Notes: generated from the sequence alone by a model not told the origin. A DNA stretch of 64,000 bases from Vicugna vicugna (GCA_013265495.1 MU058384.1:3447010-3511009); one strand, 5' to 3'; counted from the stretch's first letter, positions 40,866 through 53,984 are shown. Translations and numbers: made by a program.

Positions 40866-41852
40866 CTGATCACTAACTTCCAGTGATGATGATGACAATG
40901 ATGTAGCACCCCTGGAAACTATTTAGGAGTTAAATTGGAATAGGAAAAGTTTATATCGTCAGTTTGTGATATTAATGTTGGGGTTCGAGGAGGGAGGTAC
41001 TGTTTTATGGCCTTTCTGATCAGAAAGCCCAGAAACCCATCTATCAGCTCCACAAAATTAAGATCCCTGTGTAATAAATCATTGTAAGAAAGGCTGTAAT
41101 CTTTATGAGTAGAAGAAAACATTAGCTTGAACGTGTTGAGTCATTTCAAAAATCGTTGGAAGGATATATTAGGACTTATTTCAACTGGGAATGTTGAGAC
41201 TGGGAGAGGCTCAGACTGCCTCTTCCTGAAGTTCACAATGGTGGGAAGAGGGTAGAATTTAAAGGTACAAAGGAAACGCCCTAAGGTGAGTCCCAGGTCA
41301 CAGGTGAAAACAAAAGTCATGACGTGCTCTTTAATTTCATCCATGGGAAACATCAACTGAATGCCTAGCAATTTTTAAAGTCACACTTATCCTACAAAAG
41401 CCATAGGCATCCTGAGGACAGAATGGTTAGTTTGTTAACAGGAATGAAACCAGTGAAATTTTGACTTGCTGTCTGACAAGTGCACAGGGGATGCTGAGGA
41501 GGGAGGGAGGGAGGGGCATACGGAAGACTGTTGGTTCACAAACAAGGGGCACCCACTCATGAGAGGAAAGAACTCCAGGTCCCAGGTACCCTCCCCATTT
41601 CCGCTTCCCAGTGGGATGAAACAATGAACTGTTCCTGCTCAAGTTAAGAGTTAAGGGAAAGGGACAGGACTGGGTGTATGTCTGCCTTAGCCCTTTAGGG
41701 CCATGAACAATTCATACTGGAACAGAAATGCACATAAGTTTTATAAAGTTTGGATACAAAAAATTCTAGGCCTAAAATACTTTAGTGGCAAACATACATC
41801 ATTTTTAACCCGTTAGACTTAAAATGATAATAATGGTGCTAAAATAATATAA

Positions 41853-42510
41853 TTTATTTATTTGAAATATGATTGATTAACAATATTGTGTTAGTTTCAG
41901 TATACAGCCAAGTGATTCAGAGATTTTTTTTAGATTATTTTCCTTTATAGGTTACTACAAAGTATTGAATATAGATCCCTGTGCTATACAGTAAATCCTT
42001 GTTGCATATCTATTTTATGTATAGTAGTTTGTATCCCATACTCCTAATTTATCCTTCTTGTCCTTTCCCCCTTCGGTAACCATAAGTTTGTTCTCTATAT
42101 CTGTGTGTCTGTTTCTCTTTTGTATATAGATTCATTTGTATTATTTATTAGATTTCACATATAAGTAATATATAATATTTGTCTTTGTCTGACTTACATC
42201 ACTTAGTATAATATTCTCTAGGTCCATCTGTGCTGCTGCCAATGGTGCTGTGATTTTATTTTTACTTTTTTATTGAAGTGTAATTAATTTTATTTATTTA
42301 TTTTTATTTTAAATGTTAGTTTCAGGTGCACAGCAAAGTGATTCATTTATACATATACATACATATTTTTTTCTTTTCAGATTCTTTCTCATTATACGTT
42401 ATTACAAGAAATTGAATGCAGTTCCCTGTGCTATACAGTAGGTCTTTGTTGTTTATTTATTTTATATACAGTAATGCATGTCTGTTAAGCCCCAATCCCT
42501 AATTTTTCAA
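41853..42510 (-). mobile_element. Two adjacent L1 3' ends
   Basis: The block gttagtttcag..gtgattca..cagatt..ccctgtgctatacagta occurs twice (from ~41890 and ~42315), each preceded by a T-rich tail. Confidence 0.85.
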
Positions 42511-44153
42511 AGTAATATAATTGACAGTAAGAAAAACGGCAACTCAAGATAATGCTGATGATGTACTGATAAGTCCTTCCTAAAATATTCAGTCCTTCCT
42601 AAACTCTGAACAGAATCAGTAAGCACCCAGCCAGGAAAACAGAAAACACACTAGTTATTTTAACAGAAAGAACTTGCTGTGAGGAATTGGTTAAACAGAC
42701 ACTGGAGAACTAAGAAATTAAAAAAGGGATTCTGAGACTGAGACAGAGAAAGTAACTACAGGAAGCAACTACCAGCCGTTGCTGAAGGAACAAAGAGAAG
42801 ACACAGGGGTTATATTCTGGAAGAACCCAGGAAAACTGGAACCTCTGAGAATGGGGCACAGGGAGACCATCGCGGGTATCTCTGGGAGAGGAGACAATGA
42901 GGCTGATTCTGGGAGTACAGGAAGACGCAGGAAACTAGAACTAGAACCCGCTGCTCCTGCCAAGGTGAAGAGACCCTACTGGACATTGCTCACTAGAACA
43001 GCAAATAGGAAGCAGCAAGTCCCTTTTCTCCTCGAGTTTTCGGCATTCCTCCAGCGCCCCCTACTGCTGGACTCTAAAGGACCCAGCTGACAAACAAGAA
43101 ATAATGGTTTGCAGAGTCCTTCACAAAACCGAGTCCCAGCTAAATCGGATAACCTGACCTGGATTCATTCTCTGTGTCCAAGTCTTTCTGGGGAAAAGAA
43201 AGTAGCACGTTTAGGAGACTCTGAAAATCCTGCCCACCCTCCCACAAAAAAGACTTCTTTTTTCCCAATTAATAAAGATTCTATTTTTTTCTTTCAAATA
43301 AAGTTATTTGATCTAACTTTGGAGTCATTTCTCTTTATCTGCCATTTGAAAACAGGTATTTGTAAGGGAAAGAGAGGGAACACATCTGAGGTAGACCGTT
43401 CATTTCTCTATTTTCAAGCTGTGCCTCACCGTTTCAACTCCTTCTCAAGGACCAGAACTGAAACTGGCTCTCAGATATTCCTTGATACTTTTCTTAATTT
43501 CAACCTCTGCCCTCCCATTACAAAGAGCATGGGACCTAGAATCAAGTCTTTGTGGAAATCCTCACGCCACTGCTCACAGGCTTGGGGGACTTCATTCGAC
43601 TTTCTGAGCCTCCCTTTCTTCATCTATGTAATGGAACAATGCTTAATTGCAGGTGGTTAGGATTGAATGGAATCAGATACAATGGATGTCAGAGTACCTG
43701 ACAATGTGTTGAGAAATAAATATCCATGTCATTTTTCTGGCACTGAACTCTGACATTTCAAACATTTACAGAAATGACCATCAGGCCTAAAGCCCAGAAT
43801 CATTTTTCAATGTGCGCGTCTCTCTACGGGCGGAAGGTTTTCCCTGCAGGAGTGACCTCGTTGGTTGGAGCGGTGGGAAGTCTCATGGATTCTCAGAGCT
43901 GCGAGCCTGCGTGGCTGGGACTAGAAGTCGCGGGGCCCTCCCCTGGCCTGGCATCCAGCTCGGGCTGCTGCGGAACGCGGGTGGGGCGCGGCGGCGGCAC
44001 CGCCTCCCCGGGCGCCCCGCCGACTGGAGCGCGGCGCGCAGCCGGAGCTGGGGCCCAGGGCGCCGAGGGGAGGCCGCGCTCCCAGGGCCCGGGGCCCGAG
44101 GGGCGTCTGACTTTGCCAGCCGCCCGCGAAGATGTGACCCAGTCCTGCTGCCC

Positions 44154-44307
44154 ATGTGCGCCCCCCGATTTCCAGCGTGGGTAGCGGCCAGAGGAGCCCC
44201 AGCGCCCCGCCTTCCGACCCTGCCGCTGCAGCTGCTGCTGCTGCTGCTGCTGCTGCTGCCGCCGCCGCCACTGCTGCTGCTGGTGGCCGCGCCGTCGGGA
44301 CGGGCAG
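44154..44307 (+). CDS. IL20RA: Interleukin-20 receptor subunit alpha, first coding exon (signal peptide); partial CDS
   Basis: ATG in context gcccATG. Encodes MCAPRFPAWVAARGAPAPRLPTLPLQLLLLLLLLLPPPPLLLLVAAPSGRA+G, then donor CAG|GTAGGA (phase 1). The end matches my recollection of the human IL20RA signal peptide (..PLPPLLLLLLAAPWGRA|V), and the upstream ATGTGACCCAG..GCCCATG matches the recalled human 5'UTR. Identification rests on this one exon. Confidence 0.85.
44232..44282 (+). repeat. Coding trinucleotide repeat (CTG)9(CCG)3CCA(CTG)4
   Basis: Directly read; encodes Leu9-Pro4-Leu4. Confidence 0.95.
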
Positions 44308-46619
44308 GTAGGAGGGTCGCGCCCGAGCCGCGCCGACAGCCCAGCTCCGCCTGGCTCGATCCCGCCCGCCTCCGGGTTTCGCTTTCCCGCACCAGGAGCG
44401 CGAAGCGCGGGGAGATAACTCGCCGCCGCCTCGCGCACGCCTGGTTCAGGGTCAAGTTCCCAGACTTCGCGTTTCACGCTTTTCCTTGCGGGGGTTGCGG
44501 AAGTGTGGGAACGGTCACTCCTTTGGTACCCACAGCTCGTGGCGTGCGGTCGCTGACCGTGACTTTGCGCACCGCGTTTGCACGTCGCGGGCTCCCGCCA
44601 GCGCAGCTGCGGCCACGCCGACCAACAGCCTTTCCAGAGGCGATGTCTGCGCTTTAAAAAACCAGACTCCCCGAAAGAGTGGGCTCAGAGGGAACTGGAG
44701 CTAGAAAGGAGCAGTGTTTGTAAAGTAAGATCCCTTTTCCCGGCACGTCCTTTTTCCCTTTGTACGTTTGACCACGTACAGATAGGTGCTCTTAGATTTT
44801 TCGAAAATAACAAAACTTTTTAACTGATCTATGGCTTAAAGTGCTGAAGTTTTTCTGGTTTTGTTTCTAAGTTTCAACCCTCTGCCAACTGGAATCCAGT
44901 AGACCAGAATGATTCATTAATCTGACTTCCGTTTTCTTTCACTTCTGGTGTATGAGAAAAATTTTTTTTTTAAAGCAAGATAATCTGAGACCCTCCCTTG
45001 TTTAAACTAAAAACAACAAAACTTCGTAAAATACAGTGCTTCGGACCGACTTGGTCCAGGCTTCTGTGTTTTCAACCCAGAACTGAATGGCAGTGGATGC
45101 AGGAAGAAAGTTGTCCATGAAACGTCAGTGTCCTTAGTAGCCAAAGAACAAGTTATGAAAGTTCAATATAGTTACAAAGGTCTTTTAAAAAGTGTGCATA
45201 TAGATCTTGGGGAGATTTTTGAACCATAGATATTATACACAAAAACGTGTCTCTTCTAAATCCTAAATTTACCAGAAATTGTAGTTCTTTTGTCTTGTGA
45301 TAAATATTCCTAGGTAAACTGAAGGGGAAGCCACTACCCCTGACTTATGCAGATATTGATCCTCCACTAACAAATATTATGAAATTGCTTGCTTCTGTTT
45401 TTAATCAAAGAGAAATAAAGCTTGCTCCTTCATTGGGTTGGGAGGCTGACATTAAAAGGTTATAATATTCTTGGCTTTAAAGCAAAATTGAGGAGGGGGA
45501 AAAAAAAACCAGAAGAAACTCTTTTCTGACCCACAAGACCGCAATATTTTCTTAGCTCTTCTTACAGCTTCCCTGTCCTCTCCTAGGCCTCCAGGCATCC
45601 TCAGGGTTGCTAGGGCGGAAAAGGGCAGAAGGGATATGTGGTTACCTGGATAACATACCTGCTTCTTACTAGAGAGTGATTCTATCTTGATGGATCTGCA
45701 CAGTATCTGCAGAGTAATGTCACCTTTCTAAGAGTTACATGACATTGCCACTCTCCGGTAGGTAAATTCTTTAATTTTTTGAACTTTTTTTTTAGTACAG
45801 GAATCCAAAGTCACACAACTCTGTGTATGGATTGGGCTGTACAATATCAAACATCCAGAAAGGAAGAGAAAAAAATGAAAAACTTAATGTGGCATCAACA
45901 TTTAGGAAAGTTCTTGGTATTTCATTTCAAGTAAACTCTTAAAGGGATTCAGGACATCTATGCCATTCCCTCAAGTCAGGAGAGACACACCCCTGCACCT
46001 TCTCTCTAAATTCTCCAGGGACAGAAGTTTCACCAGGAAGTCTCTCACCTAAGGCTTATCAGACTTGGCCCTGTTGGCCCATTCCCGTGTCTTATTCCTC
46101 AGTGAAGATAAAGAACTGTGGACATCATAATATAAACAAAATTTACAGCCAATAAGAGAGATGGGAGGCGATGACTTCCCAATGTCATGTAGCTCCTCTC
46201 CTTAGCCCTTCAAGAGGCTTCTACTGCTCATAGAATAGTTCTCTGTGGCCTACTCCTGCCTGTCCCTCCAGTCTTTCCTCACACCACTTAATTCCTCCAT
46301 ACTGGCTTTTTTCCAGTTCCTAGAGCAAGCCAAATTGTTCTGCATCTCAAGACTTTTATACTTGCAGTTCTTTGTGCTAGAATGTACCTACCCACTCCAT
46401 ATCGGACTAACTCCTGTTCAAACTTGGCATCTTACCTCCCTCAAGGAAAGCGTCCCAAAATCCCCAAAGAGGGAAAAAAATAGAGTTTATTACGTTTATA
46501 AACAAATGAGACTAACTTTAGCTTTGGAGCTTTCGAATGCAGTCTAAATATTACATTTCTGCTTGTTAGAACTAATATATTAACACAGGGAGGGTATTTG
46601 TTGAAGTGTCTCTTCTTTG

Positions 46620-46654
46620 AGAGTCTCATGCTCTACCGACTGAGCTAGCCGGGC
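46620..46654 (-). pseudogene. 5' half of tRNA-Lys(CTT), tailless retropseudogene
   Basis: Minus strand reads GCCCGGCTAGCTCAGTCGGTAGAGCATGAGACTCT, the first 35 nt of mammalian tRNA-Lys-CTT. Flanked by a perfect 16-bp repeat GAAGTGTCTCTTCTTT (46603-46618 and 46658-46673). Confidence 0.92.
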
Positions 46655-46929
46655 GCCGAAGTGTCTCTTCTTTTATATAAACACAACAGCGTTGGGTATT
46701 TTATTTCACTGAGAAATTACTGCAGGACATACTTCACACACACACACACAAACGATTCCAGTGAACGAATTAAATTTTCTCCCTTATTTTCTTCTTTTTT
46801 GTTTTGTTTTGTTTTTGTTAGTTAACTAGCATTTTTATTTCATTTTTAAATTTTTTTCTTATATGTAGAAATAAAATTGATTTTTGTATACTGCCCTTCT
46901 AGGCAGAAACCATGCTAAATTTGTGTATT

Positions 46930-48470
46930 CTTTTTTTTCTTCTTTTTAACTTTTAATTTTGAATGAATTTGAGACTTACAGAAAAGCAGTAGAAATCGTA
47001 GAGTTCTCATAAACCCCTTACCCAGTTTCTCTTAATTTTAACATCTTACATAACCATTGTGCAATATTCAGAAGCGGGAAATTAACATTGGTATAATACT
47101 GACTATAGACCTTGCTCCATTTCACTATTTTTTCCACTAACGTCCTTTTTCTGTTCCAGGATCAATCCAGGATCCCCATTACATTTAGCTGCTGTGTCAC
47201 CATCCTCACCTCCAATCGGTGATGTTTCCTCAGCCTTTCTTTGTTTTCATGTCTTTGACACTTCCTAAGAGTTCTGGTCACTTCCTCCTTAGACTGCCTC
47301 TCTGTGTGGGTTCATTTGATGTCTCCTCATGATTGGAATGACATTATTCCTTTGGGTCAGGAATACCACACAGATTATGTTGTCCTTCCCAATCGATTTG
47401 CCTCATATCAAAAGATTTATGACATCAGTATGTCTTCTTCTTAGAGGTGTTAACTTTGACAACTTGATTAAGGTGGTGTCTACATGATTTCTTACTGTAT
47501 AATTATTATTTTTCACTTTCTGATTAATAACCATCTTGTGGGGAGATACTCTGAAAGCGTGATGATATCCTGTTTCTCCTCAAATTTACATCCACTAATT
47601 TTAGTATCCATCAGTGGATACTGACTGTAACAGCTATTAAACCTAATGGTGATTTTTTTTTAATTTCATTCTTCCCTTCTCCATCTGTTAATTGGAATTC
47701 TATTGCAAGGAAGTGCTGTCCCTTCTCCCCTAGTCATTTATTTATTCCATTGTTTAAATATATCAATATGGACTCACAAATATTTACTTTATTCTTTTAG
47801 TTATAATCTAAACTATTGTTATTCATTTTGTTGCTCAAATTGTTCCATCTTCTGCCATTAAAATCTCTTTTGGTTTGGCTCCTGTGTCCTTTCAACAAAC
47901 CCCGTTCTTTCTGAGCACATGACTTTGTAGCACCACAAAATGTTCCAGGTTCATCTTGTATCTTCCCTTCCACGTGGTTGGAGTCAACCATTTCCCCAAG
48001 GAACTCTAGCTCCTCCTACTGGAAAACAAGATTAGAAACCAAGACCCATGTTGCCAGGCATGATCACTGCCACAGGAATGAATGTTGTTTTTTGGCTCTC
48101 TCAGCAGCCAGAGCCAGGAGTCATAAGTATATATACTAAGCCGGTCATCCACGCACATCTGTATTTCTGTATCTACATCTGTGTGTCTGTACATACAAAA
48201 GACGATGTGCTTACACTGATACCTCTGATTCCAGCCCAACATCACAGAGGTCATTCTCTCCTTCCTTTATTTGTAGCTTCTTTCTCCAACAGTGAGAAAC
48301 TCATATCGTTTTCTGTAATAGATTTACTTATTTGTTAATTTCTAGTAAAGTAGTTTCAAAACTATTTATCCGTGCTCCTGTAAGAAGCACATTTACTAAC
48401 TAGATTATAGCACTTACATACAGCTCTTTGGTATTTAGCTTTGTGATACCCAGTCAAGATATGGGTTTTG
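46930..48470 (-). mobile_element. Ancient L1 (L1MC/MD-like) 3' region
   Basis: ttttaattttgaa..gacttacagaaaag..ttaacatcttacataaccat..aaattaacattggta..gtcctttttctgttccaggatc..aaaatgttccaggttcatcttgta..agtcaaccatttccccaaggaac. Confidence 0.75.
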
Positions 48471-48509
48471 TTTACTTGTTTGTTTTTTACTATTATTTCA
48501 AATTAATTT

Positions 48510-48977
48510 CACTTTTATTTTATTTTTTACTGAAATATAGTTGATTTACAGTGTTGTGTTAGTCTCTGGTATATAGCATGGTGATTCAGTTATACATATA
48601 TATTCTTTTTCATATTCTTTTTTACTATATGTTATTACAAGATATTGAATATAGCTCCCTGCACTACACAGTAGGACCTTGTTGTTTACTTATTTTATAT
48701 ATAGTAGTGTGTTATCTGCTAATCCAAACTCCTAATTTATCCCTCCCTACTTCTTTCCCCTTTGGTGACCATACATTTGTTTTCTTTGTCTGTGAGTCCT
48801 TCTGTTTTGTAAATAATTTTATTTGTATAATTTTTTAAATTCCACATGTAATTGATATCATATGTATTTGTCTTTCTCTGTCTCACTTACTTTACTTAGT
48901 GTGGTAATCTCTAGGTCCATCCATGTTGCTACAAAATAACATTATTTTATTCATCTTATGGCTGAGTAGTGTTCCAT

Positions 48978-49013
<36 letters not shown>

Positions 49014-49210
49014 ACATCTTCTTTATCCATTCATCTGTTGATGGACATTAGGTTGCTTCCATGTCTTGGCTATTGTAAATAGTGCTGCTGTGAAAACATT
49101 GGGGTGCATGTGTCTTTCAAATTAGAGTTTTCTTCGGATATATGCCCAGGAGTGGGATTGCTGGATCATGTGATAACTCTACTTTTAGGATTTTTTTGAA
49201 GGAATCTCCA
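48510..49210 (-). mobile_element. L1 3' end with internal (TA)n
   Basis: gaaatatagttgatttaca..aggtccatccatgttgct..ggctgagtagtgttccattgt..(TA)n at ~48982-49011..ggatatatgcccaggagtgggattgctggatca. Confidence 0.88.
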
Positions 49211-50784
49211 TCCACTCAAGATATTGTTGACCAAAGTTACTTAGATTAGACCACTTTTCTGTCACCACCTTTACTGTGCTTATGTTACCCATTTGTAACA
49301 AGGTTAGGTTCATTTGTTACTATTTGTACTTCAGTTGGGTTCCCCATATGCTAGTTGGTTTTAGCTGTTGATTTGGAGGTGTTTGAAGGGTGTGTGAGAC
49401 ATTACTGTGGTTTAAGAATCAGAGCTATACAAAACAATACATACAGAGAGGGGTTGCCCTGTCCTTGTCCTACGACCTAGTCCCTAGTCCACACCACCCC
49501 CTAGGTAACCAGTCTCCTTAGTTTCTGGTTTATCCTTCCTATATTTCTCTTTCACCAATGAGCAGATAAACATGTATTTTCTCCTATCCCCCTTCTTTCT
49601 TACACGAAACATAGCATGCAAGAGATTCTCTTTTGCACTTGCTTTTATTCACTTAACAGAATAGTTCTTTTCTGCTTTACAAATCAGCAGTCCTCAAAGG
49701 TAGGTCCTGATCATTCCAGCCAAATTCATTTCCAGGCTAAATCATTTCCAAATTTTACTGCAACCTAGCATGGTTTTAAACACCTGTTTTAAATACATTG
49801 TATGTAGAACCAGGTCTACCTCTGGGTTCTCTACAGCAGCTAAGGTAGGATTTGTCTGCTCAAATGTTCTTTTCATCAAACAGTCTTGTCTCCTTTTCCA
49901 GCTTTTCTCCCATTGTCTTTGGAGCAGACAGGAAGTGATTTCTTGTACATCTGCAAGGCCTCCTCATTTATCACCTTGAAGCCCGTCCCCAGCGTGTCCG
50001 GAGAGCATCATGTATCTGAGATCCAAGTATGTGGCTCTAGGTATCACCAGCCTCACTCTTTAGAATGTGTGCTTCTCCTGCCCGTAACTATTTGTTCAGC
50101 TTCCAATAGAACAGATTCGGGAAAAGCAGTAGTTGCTCCGTAGAGAGCAGCTGAGGAGATTAGCTGCCTGGAGGAGGTGGTGTGGTATAGCAACAAGGCA
50201 GCAGGAATGAGGAGGGAGCCACAGTTCTCTGAATGCACCTTTCTGTACAGCGCAATTAAGGAGACTTCTGGAAAAGCAGTTTTATTGATTACAAATATTA
50301 TCTATTCAAAATTAGTCTTGTTTGTTGAGTGTGGTGGTCACTGCACTAAATGTTGAGCCGCCAAAATGGCTTCCCCGCAGCGCCTTCAATCATTCTATGC
50401 TCGGCCTAATCACCTCTACCCCCAGGCACAGAGAACGGGCATACCTTATCCTATGCAGATTTTTCAGCAAGTTTTCCTTATACTTCTTGATTCTCAACAT
50501 GGGTGCTTTCATCCGAAGTTCCATCCCATAGAGTCACATTCATATTTTTGTGCTTTGAGATACCTCGGCAACTGCATCCTCCTCAGTAAAGCATTTGTTT
50601 ATATTACTTCCTCCAGTTAAATTTCCTCCTTTTCAACTTCTGCAGGTATTTTTTTTCTCCTACATCAGTCCCCTCATTTTACTGTCAGGTGATTCAGCAG
50701 CCCTTAAAGCATTCACTTTTCTCTTCAGTAAACATTGTGTTCATTTTTGAGGAAAGATACAAGCAAGCAACAGAAACTCACTGG

Positions 50785-51250
50785 ATTGCTTTCCTAAGGC
50801 AGTCACAACAAAGTACCACAAACTGGGTGGCTTAAAATAACATAAATTTGTTACCTCACAGTTCTGGATGCTAGAAGTCAGAAACCAAGATGTTGGCAGG
50901 GTTGGTTCCCTCTGAGGGCTGTAAGGCAGCATCCGTCCCATGCCCCTCTCCCAGCATCCGGTGGTTGCTGGCAGTCTTTGGCCTCCCTTGGCTTGCTGAT
51001 CATCATTCCTGTCATCTGCCTTCGCAGTGTTCTCTGTCTCTTCACATAATCTTCCCTCTGTGCATGTCTCTCTTTGGGTCCAAATTTTCTGTTTTCATAA
51101 GTCATATTGGATTGAGGCCCACCCTAATGACCTCTTTTTAACTTGATTATCTCTCTGAAGACTGTCTACCTAATTAAGGTTACTTTACGAGGCACTGAAG
51201 GTTAGGATTTCAACATATTTCTTTGGAGGAGACACAATGGAATTTGTAAC
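50785..51250 (-). mobile_element. MLT1-type (ERVL-MaLR) solo LTR
   Basis: acaaagtaccacaaactgggtggcttaaaa..ctcacagttctgga..caagatgttggcagggttggttccctctgagggctgt..gtcatattggattgaggcccaccctaatgacctc. Confidence 0.88.
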
Positions 51251-53984
51251 ACCTCCCACACCCTCAGAGTGAGCAGGACCCATGGGCTTGGCTTCTAAAG
51301 TGGAGAAAAGCTCCCTTTCCAACCCCAGGTAGGAGTTCTCCTCCTCAACACGTTTATTATTATCTGTGTCCACTGCCAAAGGGAAACTTGCAGAAGCCTT
51401 GTGCCTAGAAGGCTCTCCTGAGAATGTAGTGGGGTCAGTGATGAATCTTCTCTGGAACTTTCCATAATATGACCATAAGAGAGAGCTGCCATTTTGCAAC
51501 ATATACAAATAGCAAATCGTTATGTTGTAGCGTACACCTGAAACTAACATAACGTTATATGTCAGTTATCCATCATTTTTTTTAAAAAGGAGAGAAACAT
51601 CAATGGATGTGTAATAAAGATGGTGGAGTTTAAATTTCTTCAGCAGAGGAGTTCACCGTCCTCAGACCTCTCCTTCCTGCCTCTGCTTCTCTAAGGGGCA
51701 CTTTCACTGCAAAATCATCAACTCTTGCTCCAGCAGGGACCATTTTCATGCTTAAGGCTAACCATCCATATGAGTCCAAGTCAGCCCTCCTCCTCCATTT
51801 TAGATTAAAATCTATAATGTTGTAAAAGGTCCACTGAATACTCTACCTTGTTGTTTTTAAAACTGGCTAATAGTTTTTAAGTGCAAAATAGAATATCACA
51901 CCAGCTCAGGAGCACATAACTGAGAGGAACAAGGCACCTGAGGTGACCAGAAAAATGAGAAAGAATTACCTTCATACCCCACACATTCATTTTGAGTTTT
52001 CAAAAGTTAAAATATAACTTAGTGAGATGTGATTTTTAAATAATCCTCTTTTGAGCACCTTTCATTTATTCATTCATTCACTCATTTATTCAGTGTCATT
52101 CATCCATACATATCAGGAGTTCTTAGGCATTGAAGTAAACAAGAAAACAAGCTTTCTTTGTGGAGCTTTTAATCTCGGGTGATTACGTTAAAGTGTAAGT
52201 GCCTGACTTGAGGAAACCAAGCTTCTTCAGAAGCACCGAACAAGCCAGCGGATCTAATGTAGGAGTCAGGCAGGACTTCCTAGAAAAAGGATCCTTTAAA
52301 CTGACTTATGAGAGTTGCAGGTATATATATTATATTGTATTATATTAGTTATATTATCACATTCACCCTACCTGAGGAGAAGAGATGTATTAGAAAAACA
52401 AAATGAGCTGTTCAAGTAGATGTCTTACCGTGAATAAATACCTCAAATGCTTTTAGGAGAAAAACATATAAATTCAATAAATAGTCATAGCTAAGATGCC
52501 ATCCATATTATGTAAAATAAGTGTAGTTCAATATAAATTCAGATATTTTTCATTTAAAATACTAGCAAGAAAATAAAGCTAAATCCTGCTCTAAGCATAT
52601 TCTATCTATAAATTACCAAGTAGTTGATATTCTTTTTTTACATCTACATTCCTTCTTTATAAAACTACAAATCAACAAACAAAACCCAACAACAAATAGC
52701 AAAATCCTATGAAAAGGATGATTTTTCTGAGGGTGGTATTATTAAACAGGTGACAGTAAGGAGCTTTGTAGCTGAAGAACAGCCTGACCTTGAGGCCACT
52801 GACTGACTCAACAAGTCGCTGTGGTCTGAACCCAACCACAATTCTCAAAAGGCACAAATATTACAGCTGTGGTTTTCTAACAGGGCTGGTGTCCTAGGTG
52901 TTCTTTCCTATTTCTTGAATCAACACAGTCCTTTGAAGGCTCTGTTAGTTTCAATGAGCAAGGGCAAAAGGAATGTCTTCATTGATCCATTCTCTGAGTT
53001 GATTCTGGAGAAGTTCCAATGTTGTCAGTGCAACACACTGCCTTTAACTCTTCATGGATGGCTTCTTCAATGTTGCTCTGCTTTTATCCTGACCAGTGTT
53101 TCATTTGTTTGTTTGTTTGTTTGGGTTTTTTTTAACATCTCTGTGGCAGGATAACCACCTCAAAGAGCTGGGAGACCTGTGCTCTTCAGGGAGAACTGTG
53201 CAGTACATGGGACCCCTGTTCATTTTACTTCATTTAGTTACATAGCTTAATCAAGTCATAATTCAACCCCAAAGAGATCTGATCTGAGTCCTGGTCACCA
53301 TTAAAAACATCAAAGCATTGTCTTGTCACTAGAGATGACAGTTAGTCCTTTGAAAAATATTGCACCTTTCTGACAATGTTTTTGATGGCTACTGTACACT
53401 TCTGTCTTTATCTTGTTTGATTGCAAACTCTGAGGTCGCAATTGAGATTACACTTTCAACCTCATTTGCCTCAAAATCCCAATCAATAATGAACAGAAGT
53501 AAATACTATTAATTACCTCCAAGTCTCTGCTCAATAATTACTTCCCAATCTCCATTGAATAATTATTTTTAAGACTCTCTTACTTTTTCTCTTAATTTTT
53601 TCTCACATTTTTAATATTGTTAATTTTCTCTCTGAAATTTTCAAGTGATGGAGATGTTAATGGAAGAATTACATCACTTCTGTGAAGATAAAAACAAGTA
53701 CTAGTTGTGAGAATGATGTGAAAAATAAAGATGATGATGTATGTTGCTATTTAATAAATATCTATTGATTGAACTTGGAGTTCCCAACAGCTGTTCTTTC
53801 CAATACTTTAGTGATTCCAAATTCTTTGACTCTGTTTTGTTGTTGATGTTGTTGTTGTTTGTTTGTTTTTTGTTTGTTGTTTTTATCTTTTCCCTTTTGA
53901 GACAAGTTATCCAGTAGTAGAAACTCCAACCTACGTTTGAATCTTTTTCACAGTCACTATGATATTCACTTTGGATAGACACTT

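Larger units (their letters stand above)
43810..44650. promoter_or_regulatory. CpG island / promoter of IL20RA
   Basis: The only GC- and CpG-dense stretch in an otherwise CpG-depleted window. It spans the first coding exon and has a GC box GGGCGG at 43828-43833. No obvious TATA box. Confidence 0.9.

Noticed and set aside
1..43800. Exons of a neighbouring class II cytokine receptor gene (IL22RA2 or IFNGR1, upstream in human)
   Set aside because: I recognised no matching peptide in the ORF track or by eye. Short exons could have been missed without an alignment.
43828..43885. NF-kB-like sites in the promoter (GGAAGGTTTTCCC, GGGAAGTCTC)
   Set aside because: Both are imperfect matches to GGGRNWYYCC and cannot be supported from sequence alone.
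43883..44477. Antisense ORFs with polyQ, polyS or polyA tracts
   Set aside because: These are other-frame readings of the CTG/CCG repeat in stop-poor GC-rich sequence, with no independent support.
43812..44657. 281-aa ORF spanning the CpG island as a single-exon gene
   Set aside because: Long ORFs are expected in GC-rich DNA. Only 44154-44307 looks protein-like and it ends at a good splice donor.
46620..46654. Functional tRNA-Lys gene
   Set aside because: Only the 5' 35 nt are present; there is no T-arm/B-box or 3' acceptor strand.
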